In this document: piece after piece, positions 29,841 to 40,004 of the stretch
Layout: the number at the start of each line of letters is the position of its first letter
Numbering within the stretch: the first letter of the stretch is position 1
Assembly: GCA_965199855.1 (NCBI GenBank)
Contig: OZ241326.1
Span: 416,001-480,000 of the forward strand
DNA: 64,000 nt
Direction of reading: 5' to 3'
Source of the DNA: a bacterium
GTDB taxonomy: Bacteria > UBA8248
The notes under the pieces: generated by a model
Told to the model about the DNA's origin: nothing
What the model saw: the letters and a program-made list of their open reading frames with translations, nothing else
Databases searched by the model: none
Program-made: the position numbers and the translations under genes

Positions 29841-29900
29841 GGCGTGTATTCTCTCCCTCGGACGAAGCCGGGACGCGCCTCCGGGCGGCGCGCCGGACGG

Positions 29901-30524
29901 CTACAGCAGATAGATGAACGTGAACACGAGAATCCAGACGAGGTCCACGAAGTGCCAGTAGAGGCCCGCGATTTCCACCTCGCTCCACCTCGTCGCCGAA
30001 TAGGCGCCCCGCGCCCCGCGAACCGCGATGACGGCCAGGTAGATGACGCCGCCGGTGACGTGCATCCCGTGGAAGCCCGTGATGATGTAGAAGGTGGTGC
30101 CGAAGAGGCCGTCGCCCCACTTGTTGGCGGAAAGGCCGAGGCCCGCGTGAATCAGGTGGGTCCACTCGTAGGCCTGGAGACCCAGAAAGATGACGCCGCC
30201 GCCGACGGTGAGCCACAGGAACTTCACCAGCCCCGCCTGATCGCCGCGCTTCACGGCGTCCAGCCCCTTCACCATCGTCACGCTGCTGCAGATGAGCAGG
30301 AACGTCATGAACGCCGTCAGGGAGATGCCCAGCACCTCCGTGGGGACGGGCCAGTCGGCGCTTCCTCCCCGCATGATGGCGTAGCCCGCCAGCAGGGTGC
30401 CGAACGACATGGCGTCGCCCGCCAGGAATATCCACATCCCCAGCTTGCCCCAGCTTTCGGGGGTCAGGGGGGTTTCCGCAGGTTCTGGGCCGTGGGCGTG
30501 ATCCACGGCGGCGGCTTCACTCAC
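29901..30524 (-). CDS. Cytochrome c oxidase subunit III
   Basis: KLGMWIFL, TGFHGMHV, YWHFVDLVW. Confidence 0.9.
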   Translation of the reverse strand: MSEAAAVDHAHGPEPAETPLTPESWGKLGMWIFLAGDAMSFGTLLAGYAIMRGGSADWPVPTEVLGISLTAFMTFLLICSSVTMVKGLDAVKRGDQAGLVKFLWLTVGGGVIFLGLQAYEWTHLIHAGLGLSANKWGDGLFGTTFYIITGFHGMHVTGGVIYLAVIAVRGARGAYSATRWSEVEIAGLYWHFVDLVWILVFTFIYLL

Positions 30525-30543
30525 TGCGCCCTCTCCTTTCCGT

Positions 30544-30777
30544 TCATGTAAAGTCTCTTTCCTCGCCGGCGCTCCCTTTGCCGCGCCTGGCGCCGTAAAG
30601 GAAGCAGCCGCCCGCGATCGCGGCGATGGCGAACGGCATGGCGATCAGAAAGCCCATGCTCCAGAGAAAGCCCGGCTCGGCGTCCAGCCCGCAGACCGCG
30701 CAGGCGAGGGCGGCCTCCCGCGCCAGGAATTCGACGCCCGCGGCCGCTGCGATGAAGATGCGAGCGATGCGCTTCAC
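30544..30777 (-). CDS. Small membrane protein with CAVC motif
   Basis: Signal-like N-terminus, ACAVCG, one TM, within oxidase operon. Confidence 0.55.
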   Translation of the reverse strand: MKRIARIFIAAAAGVEFLAREAALACAVCGLDAEPGFLWSMGFLIAMPFAIAAIAGGCFLYGARRGKGSAGEERDFT

Positions 30778-30843
30778 CGGAATCTCCTCGTCCCCGAGTA
30801 TGCCACCGCCTTCCCGATGGCGTCAACGGCGGGGCGGATGGCC

Positions 30844-31533
30844 TCAGAGCAGATAGACCAGACAGAACAGCACCGGCCAGAGTCCCACCACCAGATGCCA
30901 ATACATGGCGCACGCGACGACGCCCTCGGGGTTTCGCGCGGAATATCCGCCCATGCGGGCGCGGACGAGAACCGCGAGCAGCCAGACGACCGCGCTCAGC
31001 ACGTGGACGCCGTGCGTTCCGATGATCGCGTAGAATATCGAGCCATAGACGCTCCCCGACGCGGTGAGGCCGAAGTTGACCAGACGCGCCCACTCGTAGC
31101 CCTGGACGGCGAGAAAGAGGACGCCCAGCGCCCCCGCCGCGGCGAGGAATCGCGGAAGTGCCTCCGGCTCGGCCCGCCTGAGCGCGCCCTGGGCGCGGGC
31201 CATGAACCAGCTGCTCAGAAGCAGAAGCCCCGTGTTGACGGCGGTGACCTCCACCGGCAGGCGCGGCTGGAACGGGGGCGGCCAGGGCTTCCCGCTGAAG
31301 CGGAAGACGAGAAAGGCCCCGATGAGGCCCGAGAAGAACATGATCTCGCCGGCGATGAGCACCAGCATGGCGAGCTGGGCGTTTCCGATGAGCGGCTTGC
31401 GGGCGGGGGGCGAATCCCCGGAGTCGTCCCGCCCGCCGTCCTCCCCGGGCGGCTCCGGCGGAGGGGGCGGGGGCGGCGCGTCCTCCCGCCGCTCCCGCGC
31501 TTCTTTCGGCGGGGCTTCCAGAACGGGGTTCAA
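30844..31533 (-). CDS. Second cytochrome c oxidase subunit III-like protein
   Basis: EIMFFSGL, NTGLLLLSS, QGYEW, HGVHV, YWHLV. Confidence 0.85.
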   Translation of the reverse strand: MNPVLEAPPKEARERREDAPPPPPPPEPPGEDGGRDDSGDSPPARKPLIGNAQLAMLVLIAGEIMFFSGLIGAFLVFRFSGKPWPPPFQPRLPVEVTAVNTGLLLLSSWFMARAQGALRRAEPEALPRFLAAAGALGVLFLAVQGYEWARLVNFGLTASGSVYGSIFYAIIGTHGVHVLSAVVWLLAVLVRARMGGYSARNPEGVVACAMYWHLVVGLWPVLFCLVYLL

Positions 31534-31549
31534 CGAGAGCCTCCCGCCT

Positions 31550-31660
31550 TCAGTTCCTGATGAGGGCCACGGCCCAGGCGAAGCCCGCCAGGCACGCGAT
31601 GAAGAGAACGAGGAGGAAGCCGGTGCGCCGGTTCCTGTTTTTGACGCGCGTCTCGTCCAT
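31550..31660 (-). CDS. 36-aa single-TM oxidase-operon peptide
   Basis: MDETRVKNRNRRTGFLLVLFIACLAGFAWAVALIRN fills the gap between ctaB and the subunit III-like gene. Confidence 0.5.
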   Translation of the reverse strand: MDETRVKNRNRRTGFLLVLFIACLAGFAWAVALIRN

Positions 31661-31668
31661 CGCCGCGG

Positions 31669-32565
31669 CTACCCGAAAATCATGGCCAGCAGAAGCGCCG
31701 GCAGATAGATGAGCGAGAAGCAGAACAGCCGCCTCGCGGAGACCGCGCCCCTCTCCCTCGCCATGTGAATCGCGTAGCCCAGGTAGATGAGGCCCAGGAC
31801 GGCGGAGAGGGCGAAATAGGCGAGGCCCGCCATGCCGATGAGCGCCGGGGCCATGCCCGCCGGAATGAGTGCCATGCAGTAGGAGACGGCCTGCCTGCCC
31901 GCGCTCGCGCCGCCGGGGTCCTCGACGGGCAGGAGCTTGATGTCCGCCCTGGCGAAGTCCTCCCGATACATGACGGCAATCGCCAGCGCGTGGGGAATCT
32001 GCCAGAGGAACATGATGGAGAACAGGACGAACGCCTCGAGCGAGAGCTCGCCCGCCGCCGCCGCCCACCCGATGACGGGGGGCATGGCGCCCGGCGCCGC
32101 GCCCACCACGCTGTTGAGCGAGGTCGTTCGCTTGAGGGGGGTGTAGAGGAACAGGTAGATCGCCCCCGTCGCCGCGATGAGCAGGGCGGTGAGGGGGTTG
32201 ACGAAGGCGGCGAGCCAGCCCACGCCCAGCAGCGCGATGGAGGCGCCGAACAGGAGCGCGTCGAATTTCGGGAGCCGTCCGTCGGGCAGGGGGCGCTTTT
32301 GCGTGCGCGCCATGCGCGCGTCGACGTCCTCCTCGGCCGCCTGGTTCAGCGCGAGGACGCCGCCCGTCGCCAGCGCCGCGCCGATGAGCGCGTGGATGAG
32401 CAGGGCGACCCGGACGCCGCCGGGCGAGGCGAGCCAGAAGCCGGCGGCGGTGACGGCCAGCACCATCGGCAGGATGCGCGGCTTCACGAGTTCGAGGTAG
32501 TCGGCCGCCCTTCTGCGCGCGTTCGCGCTCCCGACGCCCACCGCCTCGGCGCGGAAGTTCATCAT
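31669..32565 (-). CDS. ctaB: Heme o synthase (protoheme IX farnesyltransferase)
   Basis: LVKPRI, DARMARTQKRPLP, YTPLKR, GAMPPVIGW, WQIPH. Confidence 0.92.
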   Translation of the reverse strand: MMNFRAEAVGVGSANARRRAADYLELVKPRILPMVLAVTAAGFWLASPGGVRVALLIHALIGAALATGGVLALNQAAEEDVDARMARTQKRPLPDGRLPKFDALLFGASIALLGVGWLAAFVNPLTALLIAATGAIYLFLYTPLKRTTSLNSVVGAAPGAMPPVIGWAAAAGELSLEAFVLFSIMFLWQIPHALAIAVMYREDFARADIKLLPVEDPGGASAGRQAVSYCMALIPAGMAPALIGMAGLAYFALSAVLGLIYLGYAIHMARERGAVSARRLFCFSLIYLPALLLAMIFG

Positions 32566-33500
32566 GCGCGCGCCCCTCCCGCCGCGGCGCGAGGCTCCGG
32601 GGCGAGCGCGAAGGCGCCCCGGTTCAGGCGCAGGGCGAGGACGAGCGCCGCGGCGAAGAGCATCGCGCCCACGGCGACGTGCGCGGAGGTAATGGCGACG
32701 GTCAGCCACGCGGGAAGGCCGCCGCCCGCGGCGGCGTATTTCCCGAGCCAGGAGCCGCCGCCGAGCGCGATCTGGATGAGGAGCAGAGCCCAGAGGCGGT
32801 TGGCTTCTCCCGCGAGCGCCTCCGCTCCGGGCGCCTTCAGCGTCCGGAAGGCGAGGAGGAGGACGAGCGCGCCGCTCAGCCCGGCGAGGATCAGGTGGGC
32901 CTCCAGGCCGCTTCCCGCGTGGCGCAGGAGCGCCCCGAGGATGGTCTGGACGTAAATCAGGAAAACGGCGGCCATGCTCAGCCTGCCGAGCGCCTTGTCC
33001 CCGACGCGGGGCGCGTCCTCCCGCCAGCTTCTGGAGGTGAACAGCGCCGCGCTCACCATGAGACCGAGGAAGAGCTGGGCGGCGCAGGCGTGGACGATGG
33101 CCAGATCGAGGTTGAGCAGAACCACCCGCAGGCCGCCGAGCGTTCCCTGGAGCGCGACCAGGAGGACGGCGAACCCGCCCAGCCGGCGCATCCATCTGCG
33201 CTCGTCCGTCCGCCAGAGGGCGGCGGCCGTCAGGATGGTGAGGACGCCGACCAGCGAGCCCAGCAGGCGGTGGGCGTGTTCGATGAACACCCCGCCCACC
33301 ATCTTCGACCATGGGAACAGGAACATGTTGTAGCCGAACGTGGTGGGCCAGTCGGGAACGGCGAGGCCCGAGCCCGTGCTCGTCACCACGCCGCCGGCGA
33401 GGATGAGGACGACGGTGGCGAAGCAGGTGAGCAGGGCGAGGCGGTGCGGCCAGCCCCCTCCCCTCCCGGCGGGGAGGCCGGCTCGGCGTTCAGGCGCCAT
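32562..33500 (-). CDS. ctaA: Heme a synthase (COX15/CtaA)
   Basis: GLAVPDWP, EHAHRLLG, QGTLGGLRV, conserved His residues. Confidence 0.85.
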   Translation of the reverse strand: MAPERRAGLPAGRGGGWPHRLALLTCFATVVLILAGGVVTSTGSGLAVPDWPTTFGYNMFLFPWSKMVGGVFIEHAHRLLGSLVGVLTILTAAALWRTDERRWMRRLGGFAVLLVALQGTLGGLRVVLLNLDLAIVHACAAQLFLGLMVSAALFTSRSWREDAPRVGDKALGRLSMAAVFLIYVQTILGALLRHAGSGLEAHLILAGLSGALVLLLAFRTLKAPGAEALAGEANRLWALLLIQIALGGGSWLGKYAAAGGGLPAWLTVAITSAHVAVGAMLFAAALVLALRLNRGAFALAPEPRAAAGGARA

Positions 33501-33531
33501 GGCGTTCTCCCGGCGGCGGGGCGCGGCGGCG

Positions 33532-35493
33532 CTAGCGCGCGGCCCCGGCGGCTTCCGGGGCCAGCGGCTCGGTCTGCGGCGCCCAGTCCGCGCTCTCGCC
33601 GGGAACGCTGTATTCGTAAGGGCCGCGGCGCACCACGGGCAGCGCGGGCCCGAAGTTCCCGTGCGGGGCGGGCGTGGGCGCCACCCATTCGAGCGTGCTG
33701 GCGTTCCACGGGTTCTGCGGCGCGTCGGCGCCCAGCTCGCCCATGCTCTTCTGCAGGTAGCGGTAAATCCACGCCGCCAGCAGGACGAAGACGACGCCCG
33801 CCAGAACCCGCCCGCTCGTGGAGGGCTCGGGCTCCATGAGGCCCTCGATGAGGGACGCCGTCCCCCGGTAGCCGATGAAGCCGACGACCAGGGCGGAGAC
33901 CGCCTGGGTGAGGACGCGGAACCACCTCGCGTTCCACCGGAAGATGGTGGCGAAGAAGTTGAGGACGAAGGGAATCTGCGAAAGTCCGAGCGCCAGCGCC
34001 GAGAGGGTGATGAGCACGTTGATGGGCTGCATCCCCTGGAGGAATTCATACTGCATGGGGTTGTAGATGCGCCGCATGTGGCCGCCCACCCCGAGGATGT
34101 GCATCGGGAAGAACGCCAGGTTGAAGAAGACGAACGTGAGCCAGAAGTGCACCTTGCCGAGCGCCTCGTCCATGGATTTTCCGAACATCTTGGGGAACCA
34201 GTGCGTCACGCCGCCGAAGATGGCGAAGACGCTGCCGCCGAAGATGACGTAGTGGAAGTGCGCCACGATGAAGTAGGTGTCGTGAATGTAGATATCGACC
34301 ACGTTCGAGGCCATGAAGATGCCGCTCAGCCCGCCGACGACGAAAAGGATGACGAAGGCGAGCGCGTTCAGCATGGGGACGGTGAAGCGGATGGAGCCGC
34401 CCCACAGGGTGCCCAGCCAGTTGAAGGTCTTGATGGCCGAGGGGATCGCGATGACGAGCGTCGTCATCATGAACGCGGAGCCGAGAGCGGGGTTCATGCC
34501 CGACTGGAACATGTGGTGGCCCCAGACGATCCAGGAGAGAAAGGCGATGGCGAGCATGGAATACACCATCGCGCGGTAGCCGAAAATCGGCTTTCGGCAG
34601 AAGACGCTCAGCAGCTCCGAGGCGATGCCCATGCCCGGAAGGATGAGGATATAGACCTCCGGGTGGCCGAAATACCAGAACAGGTGCTGCCACAGGAGGG
34701 GTTCTCCCCCCTTGGCGGGGTTGAAGAAGTTGGTCTCGAACACGCGGTCGAAGATCATCATCGCGCCCGCGGAGCCGAGAACCGGAAGCGCCAGCAGGCC
34801 GAGGATGGCGGTGATGAACAGCGACCAGACGACGAGCGGCACCCGGAACCAGGACATGCCCTCCGTGCGCATGTTGATGAGCGTGGTGATGTAGTTGATC
34901 GACCCCATGAGGGAGGAGAGGCTCAGGACGAACAGGCTTATCGCCCAGAGCGTCTGCCCCATGAAGACGCCCGTGTATTCCGGCACGGTGGACAGGGGCG
35001 CGTAGCCCGTCCAGCCGGAGGCGGCGTGTCCTCCCTCGACGAAAAACCCCGCCGACATGATGACGGCGCCGAGCGCCGCGGCCCAGAACGAGAGCATGTT
35101 CAGCGCGGGAAACGCCATGTCGCGCGCCCCGATCATCAGGGGGATGAGAAAGTTTCCGAAGCAACCCACGAGGATCGGCATCACCACGAGAAACACCATG
35201 ATGGTCGCGTGCATGGTGACCGCCATGTTGTAGTAGCTCGGCGTCATGATGCCCTCGGGCAGCCCGTCGCTCTCGTCCGATATCCAGCCGAGACCCCAGA
35301 TGGGGGTTTCCGGCCAGGCGAGCTGCCAGCGGAACATCAGGGCGAGGACGCCGCCGACGACCATCATGACGAGGCCGAGCCAGAGGAACTGGCGGGCGAT
35401 CATCTTGTGATCCAGCGAGAAGACGTAGGTGCTCCAGAACCCACCCTCGTGGTGGGCGTGAGCGGCATGCGCGTCTGCTGTGGTTTCGCTCAT
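33532..35493 (-). CDS. ctaD: Cytochrome c oxidase subunit I (A1-type)
   Basis: DHK, MHATIM, GARDMAFP, FGHPEVY, WGHHMF, AHFHY. Confidence 0.95.
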   Translation of the reverse strand: MSETTADAHAAHAHHEGGFWSTYVFSLDHKMIARQFLWLGLVMMVVGGVLALMFRWQLAWPETPIWGLGWISDESDGLPEGIMTPSYYNMAVTMHATIMVFLVVMPILVGCFGNFLIPLMIGARDMAFPALNMLSFWAAALGAVIMSAGFFVEGGHAASGWTGYAPLSTVPEYTGVFMGQTLWAISLFVLSLSSLMGSINYITTLINMRTEGMSWFRVPLVVWSLFITAILGLLALPVLGSAGAMMIFDRVFETNFFNPAKGGEPLLWQHLFWYFGHPEVYILILPGMGIASELLSVFCRKPIFGYRAMVYSMLAIAFLSWIVWGHHMFQSGMNPALGSAFMMTTLVIAIPSAIKTFNWLGTLWGGSIRFTVPMLNALAFVILFVVGGLSGIFMASNVVDIYIHDTYFIVAHFHYVIFGGSVFAIFGGVTHWFPKMFGKSMDEALGKVHFWLTFVFFNLAFFPMHILGVGGHMRRIYNPMQYEFLQGMQPINVLITLSALALGLSQIPFVLNFFATIFRWNARWFRVLTQAVSALVVGFIGYRGTASLIEGLMEPEPSTSGRVLAGVVFVLLAAWIYRYLQKSMGELGADAPQNPWNASTLEWVAPTPAPHGNFGPALPVVRRGPYEYSVPGESADWAPQTEPLAPEAAGAAR

Positions 35494-35609
35494 GGCTTCG
35501 CGGGTCCCTCGTGGCTTCCCGGAGGATGAAGCGGCGTCTCCGGGCGATTCAGGATATGGAGAAGGGCGAGGGCGTCCGCGCCCTCATGCCCTCGATGCGC
35601 GTCCGGCGG

Positions 35610-36278
35610 CTACTTGTCCTTCTTCGCCCAGGCCTCCCTGCGCCATTTCGCGTAGTCCTCCGCCGAGTGGACGACGAGCTCCCCGTTCATGCCGGAATGC
35701 CCGAAGCCGCAGAGCTCGGCGCAGGGTATCTCGTATTTGCCCGTCTTGGTCGGCGTGAACCACAGCGGAATCGTCCGGCCGGGGACCACGTCCTGCTTCA
35801 TGCGGGCGTGGGGGATGAAGAAGCTGTGGATGACGTCCGCGCCCTTGAGCGCGATGAACACCTGCCTGTTGACGGGAACGTTCAGCTGGTTGTCGAGGAC
35901 GAGGTCGTCCTTCGTGCCGAATTTTCCGTCGTCGCCCGGGTAGCGGACGATCCAGTTGAACTGCTTGCCCGTCACCTCCACGCGCACGTGCGGGTTCTGG
36001 GGAATCGCCAGCTTGAGCTTCGCCCAGGAGGTCTGCGTCATCAGGATGAAGACGAGCAGGATGAAGGCGGGAATCACCGTCCAGAGAATCTCCAGCGCGT
36101 TGTTGCCGTGGGCGTATTTCGCCTTCACGCCCGGCCTGGCGCGGTATTTGATGAGGAAATAGACCATGACGGCGGCTACGAGAATGAACGCCACCGCCGT
36201 CAGGTAGTAGGAGATATAGAAGAGAAAGTCGATCTCCTCGCCTTCGATGGAGATGTTCTCAGGCAGCCAGCTCATCAT
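35610..36278 (-). CDS. ctaC: Cytochrome c oxidase subunit II
   Basis: LEILWTVIP, DVIHSF, CuA motif CAELCGFGHSGM. Confidence 0.93.
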   Translation of the reverse strand: MMSWLPENISIEGEEIDFLFYISYYLTAVAFILVAAVMVYFLIKYRARPGVKAKYAHGNNALEILWTVIPAFILLVFILMTQTSWAKLKLAIPQNPHVRVEVTGKQFNWIVRYPGDDGKFGTKDDLVLDNQLNVPVNRQVFIALKGADVIHSFFIPHARMKQDVVPGRTIPLWFTPTKTGKYEIPCAELCGFGHSGMNGELVVHSAEDYAKWRREAWAKKDK

Positions 36279-36575
36279 GGGAAGCGCATCCTCCGGGGGT
36301 TCCGCGTGAATGGCGGCGCGGGATTCCTCTCCCCGCGCCGCGGGTCCAAGACGCCTGGTTCCGATACCCGGCCTGCGAGCGGGAGTCTATAGGAGAAGCG
36401 CCCCCCTTTTCAAGCGTGCGGGGAGAAAATTTTCCGCCGCCCGAGGGGCGCGGACGCTCCCGCGCGCCGGCGGGAGGAAATGCGGACGCGCGCCTCGTCC
36501 CCCGCTTTCCGGATTCGGGGCCGGGCCCGCCCCCGTTTGCAAGGCGCGCGCTTTCGGGGCTATAAAGACGGGAGC

Positions 36576-36652
<77 letters not shown>

Positions 36653-36665
36653 CCCGAACCCGATG

Positions 36666-36700
36666 AAGCCGGGGACGCGCTGGGCTCCCCGGCTTTTTTT
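36666..36700 (+). terminator. Rho-independent terminator after tRNA-Arg
   Basis: AAGCCGGGGA...TCCCCGGCTT followed by T tract. Confidence 0.8.
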
Positions 36701-36836
36701 CGCAAGACCCCCGGCGATAGCGTCCAGGGATTTCCCCTTCGCCCGGGGTGCCGCCTCGCGCGCCCCTCCCGCTCGCTCGCGCAAACGGCCCGGCTCCGGG
36801 CGGCTCGGGCGGCGAAAAAATTTCGTTATTTTTAGT

Positions 36837-36864
36837 TTGCCAAATGTTTCTGAATTGTTACACT
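36837..36864 (+). promoter_or_regulatory. Putative sigma-70 promoter of the symporter cluster
   Basis: TTGCCA-16 nt-TACACT with TG extended -10 in an AT-rich patch. Confidence 0.45.
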
Positions 36865-37065
36865 AGGGGCATAGAGAGCGATTCGGCGCGACGAGGAAAA
36901 TCCCGCCCGGGAGATCGCCCGGCGAGGTTCGCCCGACAGGGAGGGAATTCGCAGGGGAGGGCGTAGCAGCGCAAGAGGCGCGCGGCGCGGGGGGAGGGTT
37001 GGCCCCTGTGGCCGGCGCGCTCGGCGTGAGGGAAGCCGGTTTTACTTTTCAGAGGAGGCGCTTGT

Positions 37066-39039
37066 ATGAACGCGAAGATCGCATGGCTGTTCGCCTTCGT
37101 GCTGCTTTACTGGGCCTACTGCATCTACTGGGGGGTCAAGTGCGCGCGGATGGCGAGGACGGCCGGGGATTACTTTATCGCCGGCCGCCAGCTCTCGATG
37201 TGGGTGTTCGTCCTGGCGGCGACGGCGACGTCCTTTTCGGGATGGACGTTCATGGGGCATCCGGGACTCGTCTATCGGGACGGGTTCCAATACGCCTACG
37301 CCTCGTTCTACACGATCACCATTCCCTTCACCGGGGTGATATTCCTGAAGCGCCAGTGGATGCTGGGCAAGCGCTTCGGATACGTCACGCCCGGTGAAAT
37401 GTTCGCCGACTACTTCCAGGGAGACGCGATACGCATCCTCACCGTCATCGTGGCGCTGCTGTTCTCGGTTCCCTACCTCGGGGTGCAGCTCGGCGCCTCG
37501 GGCTTCCTGTTCAACGTGCTGACGGACGGCCTGTTCAGCGTCAACGTCGGGATGTGGCTGCTCTCCATCGTCGTGCTCGTCTACGTGGCGGCGGGAGGGT
37601 TGCGCGCCGTGGCCTACGTGGACACGCTCCAGTGCGTTCTCCTCGCGCTGGGCATCGTCGTCACCGGCTGCATCGCGCTGAACATCGCCGGCGGCTGGGG
37701 CGACCTGAACGCGGGCCTGGCCAAGCTGGCCGCCTCGTCGGTGGGCAAGTGGGGGACGACGAAGGGATACGGCGGGGGCGACTACAACGCCTACTTCGCC
37801 ATCCCCGGCGTCATCCAGTTCACGGCGGGCCTGGGCAAGCAGACCCCGGTGGGCGGCCTGTGGACGGGCGTCATGTGCCTGACCTACATGTTCGCGCTCA
37901 TGGGGATTCAGTCCTCCCCCGCGTTCTCCATGTGGGCGTTCTCGAACAACAACCCGCGCCCCTTCGCCCCCCAGCAGGTCTGGGCGTCCTCGGCGGGCAT
38001 CGGGTTCATCCTGTTCTTCTTCACGGCGTTCCAGGGGATGGGCGCGCACCTGCTCGGCGCCAACCCGGCGGTGACGAAGGCGGGGATCGCCATCTCGGAC
38101 GTGCTGGCAGGGTCCATCGCCCAGAAGCCCGACTCGCTGGTGCCGCACTACTTCAACTGGATCGCGCCCGCGGCGCCCTGGCTGGTCGGTCTTCTCGCGG
38201 TGTGCGCGCTGGCGGCCATGCAGTCCACGGGCGCGGCGTACATGTCCACGGCGGGCGGAATGCTCACCCGCGACCTCTACAAGAGGTATCTGAACCCCAC
38301 CGCCTCGCACGAGACCCAGAAGGTGGCGGGCCGGCTGGGCGTGGCCGTCATCGTGATCTCGGCGCTCCTCGTGGCGACGTTCTCGCGCGACGCCCTCGTG
38401 CTGCTCGGAGGGCTGGCGGTCGCCTTCGGCTTCCAGATGTGGCCCTCGCTGGTGGCGGTGTGCTGGTATCCGAAGATCACCAGGGAGGGCGCCACGTGGG
38501 GCCTGGCGGCGGGCCTGCTCGCCGTCATCTTCACGGAGAACTTCGGCCTCACGATTCTCAAGGGAATCGGCATCGACCTGTGGGGCCGCTGGCCGTGGAC
38601 GATTCACTCCGCCGGCTGGGGCATCATCTTCAACGTGGCGGTGTGCTGGATCGTCTCGTCGAACACGCAGGACAGCGCGGCGGCGGCGCACCGGCAGAAG
38701 TATCACGACTTCCTCGCCGAGCACGCCTCGCTCTCGCCGGAGAAGCGGGGCCTCGTTCCCGCGGCGTGGGCCGTGACGCTCGCCTGGATGTTCTTCGGCA
38801 TCGGCCCCGGCGCCGTCATCGGCAACTGGATATTCGGCGCGCCGGATCAGGGCCCCGGCGGCTGGACGTTCGGGATGCCCTCCATCTGGGCGTGGCAGAT
38901 TCTCTTCTGGGCGCTCGGGGTGGGCATGATGTGGATGCTCGCCTACAAGATGGAGATGTCCACGGTGCCCGAGACGGAAATCGAGGCGCTGGTCGAGGAC
39001 ATCGGCGACGTGGCTCCGCAGGGGGCGGGCTCATCCTAG
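37066..39039 (+). CDS. Sodium:solute symporter family protein
   Basis: DYFIAGR, ATSFSGWTFMG, GGLRAVAYVDTLQ, AAMQST; many TM segments; AGAGGAGG RBS. Confidence 0.9.
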   Translation: MNAKIAWLFAFVLLYWAYCIYWGVKCARMARTAGDYFIAGRQLSMWVFVLAATATSFSGWTFMGHPGLVYRDGFQYAYASFYTITIPFTGVIFLKRQWMLGKRFGYVTPGEMFADYFQGDAIRILTVIVALLFSVPYLGVQLGASGFLFNVLTDGLFSVNVGMWLLSIVVLVYVAAGGLRAVAYVDTLQCVLLALGIVVTGCIALNIAGGWGDLNAGLAKLAASSVGKWGTTKGYGGGDYNAYFAIPGVIQFTAGLGKQTPVGGLWTGVMCLTYMFALMGIQSSPAFSMWAFSNNNPRPFAPQQVWASSAGIGFILFFFTAFQGMGAHLLGANPAVTKAGIAISDVLAGSIAQKPDSLVPHYFNWIAPAAPWLVGLLAVCALAAMQSTGAAYMSTAGGMLTRDLYKRYLNPTASHETQKVAGRLGVAVIVISALLVATFSRDALVLLGGLAVAFGFQMWPSLVAVCWYPKITREGATWGLAAGLLAVIFTENFGLTILKGIGIDLWGRWPWTIHSAGWGIIFNVAVCWIVSSNTQDSAAAAHRQKYHDFLAEHASLSPEKRGLVPAAWAVTLAWMFFGIGPGAVIGNWIFGAPDQGPGGWTFGMPSIWAWQILFWALGVGMMWMLAYKMEMSTVPETEIEALVEDIGDVAPQGAGSS

Positions 39040-39138
39040 CCCCCGCGGAGGGCTGAAAGCGCGCTTCCCGCGCGGGGGAGGGGCCGAGGCTCCTCCCCCG
39101 CGCCGCTTTCCCGCCGCCCGGAAGCCGAAGCGACCCCC

Positions 39139-39381
39139 ATGGCCGAGCTGTTCTCCGCGAAATACATGCTGCTCTGGGCGCTCGCGCTGGCCGCCGCGCT
39201 GTTCGCTCCCGTGCGCCGGCTGATATGGGTGCTCTACGTCCGGCGCGCGGAGCGCGAGGGCGAGACGGCCCCGGAGGAGGAGCGCCTGGCGCTCAGGCGG
39301 CGCGCGGGCGTGACGGCGCTTCTCCTCTGCTTCGTGTTCTCCTACTTCTACATGGCCTACCTCTTCAGGACGCCTCGATGA
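39139..39381 (+). CDS. Small two-TM membrane protein
   Basis: Two hydrophobic segments; stop overlaps next ATG. Confidence 0.65.
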   Translation: MAELFSAKYMLLWALALAAALFAPVRRLIWVLYVRRAEREGETAPEEERLALRRRAGVTALLLCFVFSYFYMAYLFRTPR

Positions 39382-39989
39382 ACCCGCGCGTCCTCAGGCG
39401 CTTCGTCAGGAACATGGCTATTCTCATCTTCGCCACGTTCTCCCTGTGGGCGCTCTGGGAGATGTGGGAGCGCGAGGAGCCGGGCGACTACGCCACCCGC
39501 CAGGGCGACATCCGCCTGAGCGAGGGCAGCCTCGAGGAGGCGCTGGCGAGCTTCGACCGCGCCCTGCGCGAGCGGCCGAACCACCGGGGCGCGCTCATGG
39601 GCCGCGCCCTCGTCTTCATCCGGATGAAGAGATACGACGAGGCCACGGCCGCGCTCGACCGCCTCATCGACCATCTCGGGAAGAGCTTGGACCCGACGGA
39701 CGCGACGGGCGTCGCGCTCCTGGCGGCGGCCCACGCCAACCGGGGCATCGTCCGCGACAGGCGCGGCCGCCACCGGGAGGCGCTCGCCGACTACGTCGAG
39801 GCGCTCCGAATCGACCGGGGCGCGGTGAAGGGCCCCGGCCTCATCGACAGGGTAATCTACGGGACGCCCAGCCCCGCCACGGTGCGCGGCCGCGCGGTCT
39901 ATCTCGAGAAGCAGCTGGCGCTTCCGCCGGAGGAGCGTCTGCTTCGGGTGCCGGAGCTCGACGCGGCCCAGCGCATGCACAAGCCCTGA
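39378..39989 (+). CDS. Membrane-anchored TPR protein
   Basis: N-terminal TM, TPR-like EALASFDRAL...ALMGRA and AHANRG...ALADYVEAL. Confidence 0.75.
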   Translation: MNPRVLRRFVRNMAILIFATFSLWALWEMWEREEPGDYATRQGDIRLSEGSLEEALASFDRALRERPNHRGALMGRALVFIRMKRYDEATAALDRLIDHLGKSLDPTDATGVALLAAAHANRGIVRDRRGRHREALADYVEALRIDRGAVKGPGLIDRVIYGTPSPATVRGRAVYLEKQLALPPEERLLRVPELDAAQRMHKP

Positions 39990-40004
39990 GCCTCCGCGCG
40001 GGCG

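Noticed and set aside
36865-37065. Known riboswitch in the symporter leader
   Set aside because: No recognisable glycine, TPP, cobalamin or SAM consensus elements by eye
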